From an uncultured Planctomycetota bacterium (GTDB lineage Bacteria > Planctomycetota > Planctomycetia > Isosphaerales > Isosphaeraceae): a stretch of DNA of 64,000 nt. A program made the position numbers and the translations under genes. Where the stretch lies: positions 32,001 to 96,000 of the forward strand of contig CAWJTV010000037.1 of the NCBI GenBank assembly GCA_963845755.1, given 5' to 3'. Under the pieces are notes generated by a model, which was not told the DNA's origin, did not search any database, and saw nothing but the letters and a program-made list of their open reading frames with translations. Shown one piece after another: positions 10,593-19,914 of the stretch (its first letter is position 1; each line of letters starts with the position of its first letter).

Positions 10593-11048
10593 CTAGTCTG
10601 TCCAGGGCAGCTCGCCCTCGACGCGCTCGCCATCGGCCGTGCCGCCTTCGAGGTGGCTGTCCGCTCGCGTCTGGATGACGAGGAGGTTTACCGGCTCGTG
10701 GCCATCGTTTCGGAACGTCCGGGCCGCCTGCGGGGCCATGCGCACGATGCTCCCTAACGTCACATCGATAAACGCGCCGTCTACCCAGAACTGGCCCCGG
10801 CCGGAGAGGACGACATAGACCTCTTCGTTCTCGCGATGTCGGTGCAAGAACGGATAGCCGCCGCCTGGCGGGAAGACTGTGAGCGACATCTCCAGCCCAC
10901 CGGTCTCGAGGATCTTTTTCAAGAACAGCTTACCCCGGAGCGGTGCCGGCGAGTTGGGCCGCTCGGTGTGGTAGTTCTGCCAGGTCTCCTTCGCACCGGC
11001 GTGGGAACACGTGAAGTTCGCACCTTTGACGATGTTCGGCTCATTCAC
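10593..11048 (-). CDS. Cupin domain protein
   Basis: PFLHRHRENEEVYVVLSGRGQFWVDG and VRMAPQAARTFRN cupin motifs. Confidence 0.85.
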   Translation of the reverse strand: MNEPNIVKGANFTCSHAGAKETWQNYHTERPNSPAPLRGKLFLKKILETGGLEMSLTVFPPGGGYPFLHRHRENEEVYVVLSGRGQFWVDGAFIDVTLGSIVRMAPQAARTFRNDGHEPVNLLVIQTRADSHLEGGTADGERVEGELPWTD

Positions 11049-11087
11049 GGTTTCGTCTTCTCGTCATGGGAATAAGTCGATTCTCGG

Positions 11088-12427
11088 TCACGACGGAAAA
11101 CAGCGGCCGAAGGCCAGCAGCAACCTCGGCGAGCCCTTGATGCGGATCCTCCGGCGGAGGACGCCCAGAGGAGGCTGCGCTCCTTCGCGACGAATCCCAG
11201 CCAGGTTTCGGTATCGGTGATGACGTGAATCCCGGCGGTCCCTTGCAGCCCATTCTCGACCGAGATCGCCTGATCGCGGATCGTTACCGTGAAATCTCGC
11301 TGTTCCGCACCTGTCATTGTGAAGTGGAATGCGGCGTCGAGCCCGGCGGCCGGAGTCCGTTGAAAGGTCAGGGTCAGGCCGCGCAGGAAGGTGTCGATTG
11401 TACGGGCGTGGATCCCGTTGTGTACGCGCTTAACCCGTTTGGCCGGGAATCGCTTAGTCACGTGAATCTCGGCGTCGGACCCGCGAGTGACGTAGATCGT
11501 CTCCTCTTTGTCCTGGAGAGGGCGGACGACCTCTTTCACGAAACCGGCGCGATCGTCGAGAAACGGACCGAGGACGTCTTCACCGGCCGGGCAGACGGCC
11601 AGGCAATACGCGGCCTTGTAGTTGGCCCCGAACGACAGGCTCTGCCACATCGAGCTCGATTCGGAGGCGCTCACGCGACGTCGATAGTCGAGAGCATCAC
11701 GGCTCTCGGCGATCTCCTCGACCCAATCGGTGAATCCGCCCATGAATTCGCGGTAATTGTGGGTGAGGCAGGCCGAGAAATCGAAGTGTCCATCGGGCGC
11801 AATGGCTCCGACCGGGCAGGCCGCCACGCAGAGCTTGCACTCGAGGCAGGGGTTGTAGTCGATCGGCTGGTCGTATTCGGTGGCCTCGACGTCCAGGAGC
11901 ACCGTCCCCAGCAAGATGAAATTGCCGAAGCGAGGATGGATGACGTTGCGATGAATCCCCATGTGTCCCAGTCCCGCGGCCACCGCGACCGGCTTGTGGG
12001 ACACAATCCAGGTCTTGCCCGGGAACCGGTCCATCTCCATCGGGAACCCCATCGCCGGGTTCAACGCCCGGATCCCCTCTTGTTCGAGCGCCGCGACGAT
12101 CCGCCGCGCGACGGCGTTAACCTCGTCGCCAGTGTGATGGAACTCCAGATTGGCTACCGACCGCGCCGTGCTCCGGATCGGTTCACGGTTCATCCGGCAG
12201 AGGAACGAGAGCAACGTCCTGGTCTTGGGAAATGCGTTTACGATGTCCTCGCGCTGGGAGCCCAGGTCCGCCCGACCAATCTCCACCAGACCAACGTCAT
12301 CCGCCCCCGCCTCCCGCGCCAGACCTTTGAGCCATCCCGCTTCCACCGGCCCTGGACTCCTCCACGGAGGTTCAATCCCTGCTCCCTGGCGTACCCGCCG
12401 CACCGTGGGGTGGTCATCCAAACGCAT
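11088..12427 (-). CDS. QueG/reductive dehalogenase-like 4Fe-4S protein fused to a C-terminal SCP2 sterol/lipid-binding domain; frameshift near 11160
   Basis: GADDVG, SHKPVAVAAGLGHMGIHRNVIHPRFG, CLECKLCVAACP, YCLAVCP; SCP2-like tail, with the corrected end LRRRIRIKGSPRLLLAFGRCFPS* at 11088. Confidence 0.8.
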
Positions 12428-12444
12428 CGGTAACTCCTTGTTTT

Positions 12445-12456
12445 TTGTAGATACAA
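12445..12456. promoter_or_regulatory. Second putative MarR operator (TTGTAGATACAA) upstream of the 4Fe-4S/SCP2 gene
   Basis: 11/12 identical to the core of the palindrome at 12964-12983. Confidence 0.6.
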
Positions 12457-12478
12457 GAATCGAGCCGAGAAAAAAGGC

Positions 12479-12945
12479 TCACGTCTGTGACCCTTCAGCC
12501 GGCAATCTGTGGACGGCCTCGATCAGCAAGTTTGCGCCGGCCTCGCCTAGGATCGCGCGGGCCTGGGCCTGGGCCAGTTCCCATGCGGGGATAGATCGCT
12601 TCAGTAGGCTCATTCCCTCATCCGTGACGCGTAGGGGCTGCGCCGCGCATCGGCATCGGGGACGACTTCGAGCCAGCCGTGAGCGACCATTCGCTCGGCG
12701 TTCCGGCTCAAGGTCGAGGTGTCCATGTGCAGAATGTCACAGAGCCGACCGGGCCGGGCCACCCCCAACTTGGCCGTCACGACCAGGATATTCATCTGGC
12801 TGACCTTCACCCCCAGTGACCGCATGGTTTCATCGTAAAGGCTGGTGATCGCCCGATTCAGAATCCGGACCCTCGCCGCGAGGCATTCGCCAGCAACCCG
12901 GTCCACCACGCATTGATCCAGTTGGTCGCTCATTTGCTTCGCCAC
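12479..12945 (-). CDS. MarR family transcriptional regulator, frameshift near 12640
   Basis: CLAARVRILNRAITSLYD, MDTSTLSRN..RM...GWLE; continues QPLRVTDEG...IPAWELAQ in the shifted frame; RBS GGAGGGA. Confidence 0.88.
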
Positions 12946-12963
12946 TCCGATCCCTCCAACTCG

Positions 12964-12983
12964 TTCATTGTATATACAATGAA
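12964..12983. promoter_or_regulatory. Perfect 20-bp palindrome, putative MarR operator
   Basis: TTCATTGTAT|ATACAATGAA directly upstream of the marR RBS. Confidence 0.75.
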
Positions 12984-13041
12984 TGACTCGGTCAAGGGGA
13001 TCGGCGGCCAAGACGTGGGAGCCGAGGCAGGGACCTCGTCG

Positions 13042-13389
13042 TCAGAACAAGCGACTTCCGGGATACCATCGTGAGATAGCGATCGAGCGGAGCCAGATCA
13101 ACGCGAGCAGATTCAGCACCTTGACCCAGACGAGCCAGGATTGGAGCACGTACGCCTCGCGGAAATCGGTCAGCCCGAAAGTGAAGAATGCGAGGCTATA
13201 AAGGATCTCCCACCGCGATCGGCGGGACCTCACGTATCGCCGGATGACCAGTCCGGCGAAGACGAGCCAGCACGCACCCTCGAAAAGATTGAAGATGTGA
13301 TACGGAATCGAGAACCACGGGTCCATTGGGTCGGGATAGTTCCACCAGACCCGAAACCAGAGAAACTCCGTCACCGCATGGAAACTCAT
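13042..13389 (-). CDS. Small hypothetical membrane protein (start uncertain)
   Basis: Three hydrophobic helices (FNLFEGACWLVFAGLVI, LAFFTFGLTDFRE, WLVWVKVLNLLAL). Confidence 0.6.
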   Translation of the reverse strand: MSFHAVTEFLWFRVWWNYPDPMDPWFSIPYHIFNLFEGACWLVFAGLVIRRYVRSRRSRWEILYSLAFFTFGLTDFREAYVLQSWLVWVKVLNLLALIWLRSIAISRWYPGSRLF

Positions 13390-13585
13390 TCTGGTCATTC
13401 CGAGCGCGCTTGGATCAGGTTTGTTGGGGGCGATGCTCCCGTCCGGGTTTTCTCTGCGTGGCCATAGAACACCGGAGTCACCGATTAACCCCGCTGTGAG
13501 CCCTTGATAAAATGCACCCAGTCCTACGCAGATCTCGGTGAACTGATTCTCCGCGCGCCCCCACCCACCGGAACGAGGCGATGTC

Positions 13586-13924
13586 ATGAGAAGTCCCAGC
13601 GACGCGGTGATGGCCAAGCGGATGCTGGAAACCCGCAGGGAAGGTGGTTACCGTCTGGACAGCTCTCTCCGAAAAAGTGTCAAGCGATATCTTATCATGG
13701 CGATCGGCTTCGGAGCAGGCCTCGCTCTCATTGCGTCAACCGGCAACTGGGTCGCCATCGCGTTCTGCCTGGGGCTGATTCTGGGTGCCTGGCTCCGCGA
13801 TTTTGCCTGGCACCTCGCGAGCCAGCGAGCCTGGCCATTCACCGCCAAGATCATCAATCGGGAAATCGTGGAGAACGTGCCGGATCTCGACTCGGTGAGT
13901 TCCGACCGTGCACGAACCGTCTGA
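13586..13924 (+). CDS. Small hypothetical membrane protein
   Basis: Two TM helices followed by LRD..W......WPF..KII; RBS-like GAGG upstream. Confidence 0.55.
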   Translation: MRSPSDAVMAKRMLETRREGGYRLDSSLRKSVKRYLIMAIGFGAGLALIASTGNWVAIAFCLGLILGAWLRDFAWHLASQRAWPFTAKIINREIVENVPDLDSVSSDRARTV

Positions 13925-14033
13925 CGTCCGGCCGAAGGCCGCATGAAGCTGTCGCCCGAACCTGAAAGTTCCGACTGGTCTCTGATCCGAAAAGGGCTTG
14001 ATCGCGGTCTGACCTCAGAGAAGGAGAAACCGG

Positions 14034-15131
14034 ATGAGCACGTTGGTCGTCGAGGTCTGCGAGGTCAAGGCGGTCTATCCCCACCCGAACGCCGACGTTC
14101 TCGAATTCGTCACGGTCAAGGGCTGGCCGGTCATCGTCCAGAAGGCGCTGGGCTTGAATGTCGGCGATCGGGTGGTCTACTTCCCGCCCGACAGTGTCAT
14201 GACCTCCGAGCTGGCCGATCGGCTGGGAATCACCAAGTATCTCGCCCAGTTGCCCGCGGAGATCGACGGCACGCGAAAGCCCGGTTTTCGGGTCCGCGCG
14301 GCCCGGTTACGGGGGGAGGCGAGCTACGGGACGATCGATCACCAGGTCGACCCGGCCTGGGAGGTCGGCCGGGACGTCAAGGATCATTACGGCGTAACCA
14401 AATTCGAGCCGCCTATCCGGCCCAGCGACGGGGATTCCCTGCGATCGATGGCCGCCTTCCACGGGTACACGGATATCGAGAACATCCGCAACTTTCCGGA
14501 CGTGCTCCGGCCGGGCGAGGAGGTCGTCATCACGGAGAAGCTCCATGGCAAGAACTGCCGGCTGGGCCTGATTCGGGTCTCGAGCGCCGAAGGCGAAACG
14601 TTCGAGTTCATGGCGGGATCCAACGACGTCCGGCGGAAAGAAGTCAACTCCAAAGGGAGGCCGTCCGACTTCTGGCGTCCGTTGACTGACGCCGTTCGCA
14701 ACCTCTTGCGCGACGTCAGCGGAGGCGAGCGGAGCGCGATCCTCTTCGGCGAACTCTACGGGAGCGGAGTCCAGGACATGGCCTACGGACTCGCCAACGG
14801 CGCCAAGGGGTTCCGGGCGTTTGACATCGCCGTCGATGGCAAGTACCTCGACTATGACCAGAAAACTGCGGCGCTGGATCGCTTCGGCGTGGAACTGGTG
14901 CCGCATCTTTACAGGGGGCCGTTCTCATGGGAGGCCATCGAGAAGCACACGTACGGCCCGACGACCCTGTGCGCACCGGATGTGGCAGGACGGTTCGAAG
15001 GCCGAGAAGGCTGCGTCGTGACTCCGGTGAAAGAGCGGTATGACGCGGACTTGGGAGGCACCGGCCGTGTCATCCTCAAATCGATCTCGGCCGATTACCT
15101 GGCGCGTAAGGGAGGTACGGACGAGCATTGA
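14034..15131 (+). CDS. ATP-dependent RNA ligase, DRB0094 (Rnl5-type) family
   Basis: RBS AAGGAG; N-terminal OB domain (HPNADVLE..VKGW, GDRVVYFPPDS, RLRGEAS); nucleotidyltransferase motifs TEKLHG, FGELYG, FDI, EGCVV, LKSIS..YL. Confidence 0.92.
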   Translation: MSTLVVEVCEVKAVYPHPNADVLEFVTVKGWPVIVQKALGLNVGDRVVYFPPDSVMTSELADRLGITKYLAQLPAEIDGTRKPGFRVRAARLRGEASYGTIDHQVDPAWEVGRDVKDHYGVTKFEPPIRPSDGDSLRSMAAFHGYTDIENIRNFPDVLRPGEEVVITEKLHGKNCRLGLIRVSSAEGETFEFMAGSNDVRRKEVNSKGRPSDFWRPLTDAVRNLLRDVSGGERSAILFGELYGSGVQDMAYGLANGAKGFRAFDIAVDGKYLDYDQKTAALDRFGVELVPHLYRGPFSWEAIEKHTYGPTTLCAPDVAGRFEGREGCVVTPVKERYDADLGGTGRVILKSISADYLARKGGTDEH

Positions 15132-15140
15132 GTACCGTGT

Positions 15141-16481
15141 TCAGTGTTCAAAGAGGACACTCTTCGCAGCGGACTCACCGGCGAGCCATCCCGTGCTCCA
15201 GGCCGCCTGGAAGTTATAACCGCCGATGAGTCCGTCGAGATCCAGGACCTCGCCGGCGAAGTGCAAGCCCGGAACGAGGCGGCTTTCGAGAGTCCTGGGA
15301 TCGACTTCGTCGAGAGCGATACCGCCGCTGGTCACTTCGGCCTTCTCGAATCCGAGCGTTCCGCGGACCGGGAGTGACAGCCCCTTCATCACGTCGACCA
15401 CCCGTCGGCGCTCGTCGCGTGACAGGTCCGGTCCCATCCGGTCCACCGAGATTGCCGCGGTAATCGCCATGCACTCCGCCAGCCGGCGCGGGATAACCTC
15501 GGGCAAGAGGGAGATCAGGGGCCGTCGCCCCTGTCGGCATGAAAGCTGGAGCGTGCGATCCAGCTCGTCGCGGGAGGCGTCGGGGATCAGGTCCAGCCGG
15601 AGGAATAATCGCTCGGGATCGTCGGACCGCGCCACGGCTCGGCTGACGTCGAGGATCGCCGGTCCGCTGAGTCCGAAGTGGGCAAATAGCACCGCCTCGC
15701 GACGCTCCTGGAGTTTCTCGCCATCGGTCATGTGGACCGAGGCGATCACGTCGGCTAGACTGATCCCCTTCAAGCTGGAAACCCAGTCCATGCCAACCCG
15801 GATGGGTACGAGAGCCGGCCGGGTCTCGACGATCGTATGGCCGAATCGGCGCGCGATGTCGTAGCCATCCCCCGTAGTTCCGCAGCCCGGATAGGACCGC
15901 CCACCCACCGTGACGATCACCCGGCCCGCGGAGACCGTCGAGTCCGGTAGCCGGACCAAGAATCCCGGGGACGGTACGCTCAGCTCCGCGATCGGATCGA
16001 TCGCCCGGGCAGGGCTCAGGCAGTGTAGTGAGGCACCCGACCGTTCGAGACGCCGCAAGAGGGCCTCCAGTACGTCAGTCGCCCGGTCCGAGACCGGAAA
16101 GACCTTACCATTGCCCTCGACCTTGGTCGCAACTCCTGCTTCTTCGAACACTCGAATGGTCGCATCGACGTCCAGTCGACGCAGCGCCGGACCGAGGAAC
16201 GCCCCATTCGGACCGAACGCCTCCTGAATGGCGCGGAGACCTCGACACCGAGCGGGATCGTAGGCCAGGTCGACTGGTCCTGAGATGGCGTCGAGTCGGC
16301 GAAGGCCTCGCGCATTGGTCAGATTGCATCGCGTGCCGCCCGAGATCAGGATCTTTACACCCGCCCGGCGATTCTTCTCGAGCAAGACGACTCGCGCGCC
16401 GCAATCCGCAGCACGGGACGCAGCGATCAGGCCCGCAGCGCCGGCGCCCACGACAGCGACGTCATAATCGAAAGGCGTCAA
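15141..16481 (-). CDS. BaiN/HI0933/YhiN family FAD-dependent oxidoreductase
   Basis: GAGAAG, KILISGGTRCNLTN, GKVFP, GGRSYPGCGTTGDG, FAHFGLSGP, VTSGG, GEVLDLDGLIGGYNFQAAWSTG; TTG start behind GGAG. Confidence 0.92.
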   Translation of the reverse strand: MTPFDYDVAVVGAGAAGLIAASRAADCGARVVLLEKNRRAGVKILISGGTRCNLTNARGLRRLDAISGPVDLAYDPARCRGLRAIQEAFGPNGAFLGPALRRLDVDATIRVFEEAGVATKVEGNGKVFPVSDRATDVLEALLRRLERSGASLHCLSPARAIDPIAELSVPSPGFLVRLPDSTVSAGRVIVTVGGRSYPGCGTTGDGYDIARRFGHTIVETRPALVPIRVGMDWVSSLKGISLADVIASVHMTDGEKLQERREAVLFAHFGLSGPAILDVSRAVARSDDPERLFLRLDLIPDASRDELDRTLQLSCRQGRRPLISLLPEVIPRRLAECMAITAAISVDRMGPDLSRDERRRVVDVMKGLSLPVRGTLGFEKAEVTSGGIALDEVDPRTLESRLVPGLHFAGEVLDLDGLIGGYNFQAAWSTGWLAGESAAKSVLFEH

Positions 16482-16608
16482 TTCCACTCCGGAGCGAGGC
16501 GGACCACGAGATCCCTTCGCAGAACACGAAGCGTACTCGAAGCCCCTGGATGCATGCAAAATGCGCTTCGGTGTGAGGCCAAATCGTCGTAAGTTGTTGC
16601 AGCAAAAG

Positions 16609-16681
16609 CGCACCCGGTAGGATTCGAACCTACAACCTTCGGATTCGAAGTCCGCGACTCTATCCGTTGAGCTACGGGCGC
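16609..16681 (-). tRNA. tRNA-Arg (anticodon TCG), CCA not encoded
   Basis: GCGCCCG/CGGGTGC acceptor stem, TAGCTCAACGGATAGAG D-arm, CGGA-CTTCGAA-TCCG anticodon arm, GTAGGTTCGAATCCTAC T-arm. Confidence 0.95.
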
Positions 16682-16950
16682 CTGTCCTATCAACTATACC
16701 GATCGCGTCGCCGCTCGCAAGTCCCGCAGGAGGAGGACAATCTTCCTGGCCACTCAGGACAGGCCAGACGACCTCGCGCGGCTCTGGGGCCGATCTTCTC
16801 AGCGACGGTCCAGACCAGCACTAGCCCGCAACGCGGCAATCGATCACAATGGAGGAACGTCGAGTCGTTCTCCCCTTTGAGTTCCGGACTTGTTCGAGTC
16901 CGTAAGATTCTTGTGAACGAGCATTCTTCGCCTTACTGCCGGAAAGGCTT

Positions 16951-18372
16951 ATGTCGAAATCACCTACGATCTCCTTCGTTAGCCTAGGTTGTTCCAAGAA
17001 CACGGTCGATTCCGAGAGGATGCTGGGTTTGCTGGCCCAGGAAGGTTGCGCGATCGTGCCCGACTCGCAGCCGGCCGACCTGGTGGTCATCAATACCTGC
17101 GGATTCATCGACGCGGCGCACCAGGAATCGATCGGCGTGATCGAGGAGATGCTCGAACGCAAGCGGTTGGGCCGGATCCAAGGAGTGATCGTGGCGGGCT
17201 GCTTGGCCGAGCGCCAGAAAGAGAGCCTGCTCGAGCAGTTCCCCGAGGTCAACCACGTCATCGGCGTGTTCGGGCGTGAGGAGATCGCCCAGGTGGCGAG
17301 TCGGTTGCTCGGCGGTCTCCAGGAACAGCGGAGTTTGTTTCGCCCCGCAGCGATCCAGGCGCAGGACGACCGCGCCCGACTGCGCATCACACCGCGACAC
17401 CTGGCGTACCTCAAGGTCTCCGAAGGCTGCGACCGGCTCTGTACCTTCTGCGCCATCCCTATGATGCGCGGCAAGCATATCACCAAGCCCATCGAGATGG
17501 TGGTCGACGAGGCCCAGGAGCTGGCTGGCGACGGCGTCCGCGAGCTGGTTCTCGTTGCCCAGGACATGACCTACTATGGGCTGGACCTCTACGGCCGCCC
17601 CCGGCTCGCCGAGCTGCTCCACGAGCTCGACCAGATCGAGGGGATCGACTGGATCCGGATTCTCTACTGCTACCCCCAGTTCTTCACCGACGAACTCTAC
17701 GAGGTCTTGGGACAATCGCGGAAGATCATACCGTACCTTGACATGCCGCTCCAGCACATCAACGACCGGCTGCTCAGGATGATGAACCGACGGCACACGC
17801 GGCAAGAGACCGAGTCGATCATCGAGAGGCTGCGAGCGACGATTCCAGGGCTGGTGCTGCGAACGACTTTCATCGTGGGATTCCCGGGCGAGTTGGAGGC
17901 CGAGTTCGTCGAGCTGGTCGATTTCGTCCAGGCGACGCGTTTCGAGCGACTAGGCGTGTTCACCTACTCGCACGAGCCGGACACTCCGGCGGCCAGGCTG
18001 CCGGACCGTCTGCCGGCCGAAGTCGCCTTGGAACGCCGGGACCGGCTGATGGCCGTACAGCAGCCCATGGCGTTCGCCTTCAATCGTGAGCTCGTGGGTC
18101 GGCGTCTGGACGTGCTGATCGATGCCCCAGCGCCTGAGGGAAAGACCCTCTGGCGCGGCCGCACGTACGCCGATGCGCCCGATGTCAACGGCGTGACCTG
18201 GGTGAAAGGGGCCCATCTGAGCCCGGGTGACCTCGTGTCTTGCGATATCGTCGGGGCGGAAGGCTACGACCTGATCGCCCAGGCGCCGTCCGTACCCCCG
18301 CCCAGAAATCGCAGGGCGCGGCCAATGCCCCGTCGCAAACCGTCTGGCTCATCGTTGGTGATTCTCCAGTAG
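16951..18372 (+). CDS. rimO: Ribosomal protein S12 methylthiotransferase
   Basis: SLGCSKNTVDSE, INTCGFI, radical SAM CDRLCTFC, YLDMPLQH, TRAM domain with DAPD. Confidence 0.95.
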   Translation: MSKSPTISFVSLGCSKNTVDSERMLGLLAQEGCAIVPDSQPADLVVINTCGFIDAAHQESIGVIEEMLERKRLGRIQGVIVAGCLAERQKESLLEQFPEVNHVIGVFGREEIAQVASRLLGGLQEQRSLFRPAAIQAQDDRARLRITPRHLAYLKVSEGCDRLCTFCAIPMMRGKHITKPIEMVVDEAQELAGDGVRELVLVAQDMTYYGLDLYGRPRLAELLHELDQIEGIDWIRILYCYPQFFTDELYEVLGQSRKIIPYLDMPLQHINDRLLRMMNRRHTRQETESIIERLRATIPGLVLRTTFIVGFPGELEAEFVELVDFVQATRFERLGVFTYSHEPDTPAARLPDRLPAEVALERRDRLMAVQQPMAFAFNRELVGRRLDVLIDAPAPEGKTLWRGRTYADAPDVNGVTWVKGAHLSPGDLVSCDIVGAEGYDLIAQAPSVPPPRNRRARPMPRRKPSGSSLVILQ

Positions 18373-18394
18373 GCCGTAGTCGGTGAGGGCTCCT

Positions 18395-18997
18395 ATGAAC
18401 CGAACCGAGAACGCCTCCATGACAGTCGACCGGGTGCGACGGCGGTTCTGGAACGTCCCGAACACGCTGACCATCAGCCGGCTCGTACTGGCCCTCGGTG
18501 TCTTCTCGCTGATCGAGTACGAATTCTACGCCTGGGCTCTGGCGATCTTCGTGATCGCGTCGGCGACGGACGCCCTGGACGGCTACTTCGCACGGCTGCT
18601 CAAACAGGACACGCCGCTGGGCCGCCAGCTCGACCCCTTGATCGACAAGGTGATCGTGGCGGGCGGATACATCTACCTGGCGACGATCGAAGGCACGGGG
18701 GTCAGGGCGTGGATGGTCACGGCGATCGTGATTCGGGAGTTGTTGATCCAGGGACTGCGCAGTCACCTGGAGGGGCAGGGGCACGCCTTCGGGGCCCGCG
18801 CCGCGGGAAAACTCAAGACGGTGGTCCAGTGCGTCTCGATCTCGGCCGTCCTGCTGGTCCTTGCCCTGAGCCCCCCTGCCCCGCCGGCGCTCGTGCTATC
18901 CCGCGATATTCTGACGTGGCTCGCCGTGGCGCTGACTCTCTACAGTGGCCTGAGCTACATCTGGATCGCCTTGCCCAGCCTGCGCGGCGAGTCGTGA
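18395..18997 (+). CDS. pgsA: CDP-diacylglycerol--glycerol-3-phosphate 3-phosphatidyltransferase
   Basis: NVPNTLTISR, DALDGYFAR...TPLGRQLDPLIDK, GKLKT..Q; downstream of rimO. Confidence 0.92.
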   Translation: MNRTENASMTVDRVRRRFWNVPNTLTISRLVLALGVFSLIEYEFYAWALAIFVIASATDALDGYFARLLKQDTPLGRQLDPLIDKVIVAGGYIYLATIEGTGVRAWMVTAIVIRELLIQGLRSHLEGQGHAFGARAAGKLKTVVQCVSISAVLLVLALSPPAPPALVLSRDILTWLAVALTLYSGLSYIWIALPSLRGES

Positions 18998-19048
18998 CGT
19001 GCTTCGTCCGACGCCATTCAACTCCTTCATCCGAAGTGGGAAAACTCG

Positions 19049-19882
19049 ATGGAATGGTTGGAATCGCTGGTCCTCGGTCTGGTCCAGGGCATCACCGAAT
19101 TCTTGCCGGTCTCGAGCGACGGCCACCTGCTGGTCACACAGAACGTTTTCGCCCGCATCACGGGCGTGTCGCGCCCTGGTAAGGAAAACCTGTTCTTCGA
19201 TGTGATGCTCCACCTCGGGACGACCGCCGCGATCCTGGTCTACAACCGGGAGCCCATCGCGAAGGGTCTCCGCGGGCTGCTGGGAGCCGTTGATGTCCCG
19301 GCGGGGTTCCGACGCGCCGAGCTGATCCGCGTCGGCCTGCTGGCGGTGGTCGCGACCTCGCCGTTGGTCCCGCTGGCGCTGGGACTCAAGGACAAGATCG
19401 AGGCGACATTCGAGGGAACCACGGTGGCCGGGTATGGGTTTCTGGTGACGGCGGTCGTCCTGTTGACCACGGCTTGGCTGAGCCGTCGCGAAGGGACCAA
19501 AGGGCCCGCCGAGATGAACTGGCTCGATGCCCTGATCATTGGCCTGGCACAGATGGTCGCCCCGCTGCCAGGAGTTAGCCGGAGCGGCATGACCATCGCC
19601 GCAGCCTTGGCGCTCGGGCTGTCTCGCTCATGGGCCGTCGGCTTCAGCCTGCTCATTGCCGTCCCCGCGATCCTCGGCGCGGCGGTGTTCGAGCTCAGGC
19701 ACGTCGATCCCGCCATGCTCACGCCCGATCGATTGGCCCAAACGATCGCCGCCACGGCGATGGCGGGAGTGGTCGGCTATTTCGCAATCCGATGGTTGTT
19801 CAAAGTTGTCCGCTCTGGTCATATCTGGTATTTTTCTGTATACTTGGTGGTGTTGGCGATCGTGGTCCTGACCGCATTCTGA
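19049..19882 (+). CDS. uppP: Undecaprenyl-diphosphate phosphatase
   Basis: GLVQGITEFLPVSSDGHL, LHLGT, PGVSRSGMTI. Confidence 0.93.
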   Translation: MEWLESLVLGLVQGITEFLPVSSDGHLLVTQNVFARITGVSRPGKENLFFDVMLHLGTTAAILVYNREPIAKGLRGLLGAVDVPAGFRRAELIRVGLLAVVATSPLVPLALGLKDKIEATFEGTTVAGYGFLVTAVVLLTTAWLSRREGTKGPAEMNWLDALIIGLAQMVAPLPGVSRSGMTIAAALALGLSRSWAVGFSLLIAVPAILGAAVFELRHVDPAMLTPDRLAQTIAATAMAGVVGYFAIRWLFKVVRSGHIWYFSVYLVVLAIVVLTAF

Positions 19883-19914
19883 CCGCGTTACAATCAGGCG
19901 ACGGGGGCTTCCCG

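Noticed and set aside
7500..14030. Integron cassette array among the small heterogeneous genes
   Set aside because: Mixed orientations, no attC-like ends and no integrase.
16885..16905. Second tRNA fragment (GTTCGAGTCC) upstream of rimO
   Set aside because: Only a short hairpin (CGGACT-TGTTCG-AGTCCG); no other tRNA arms.
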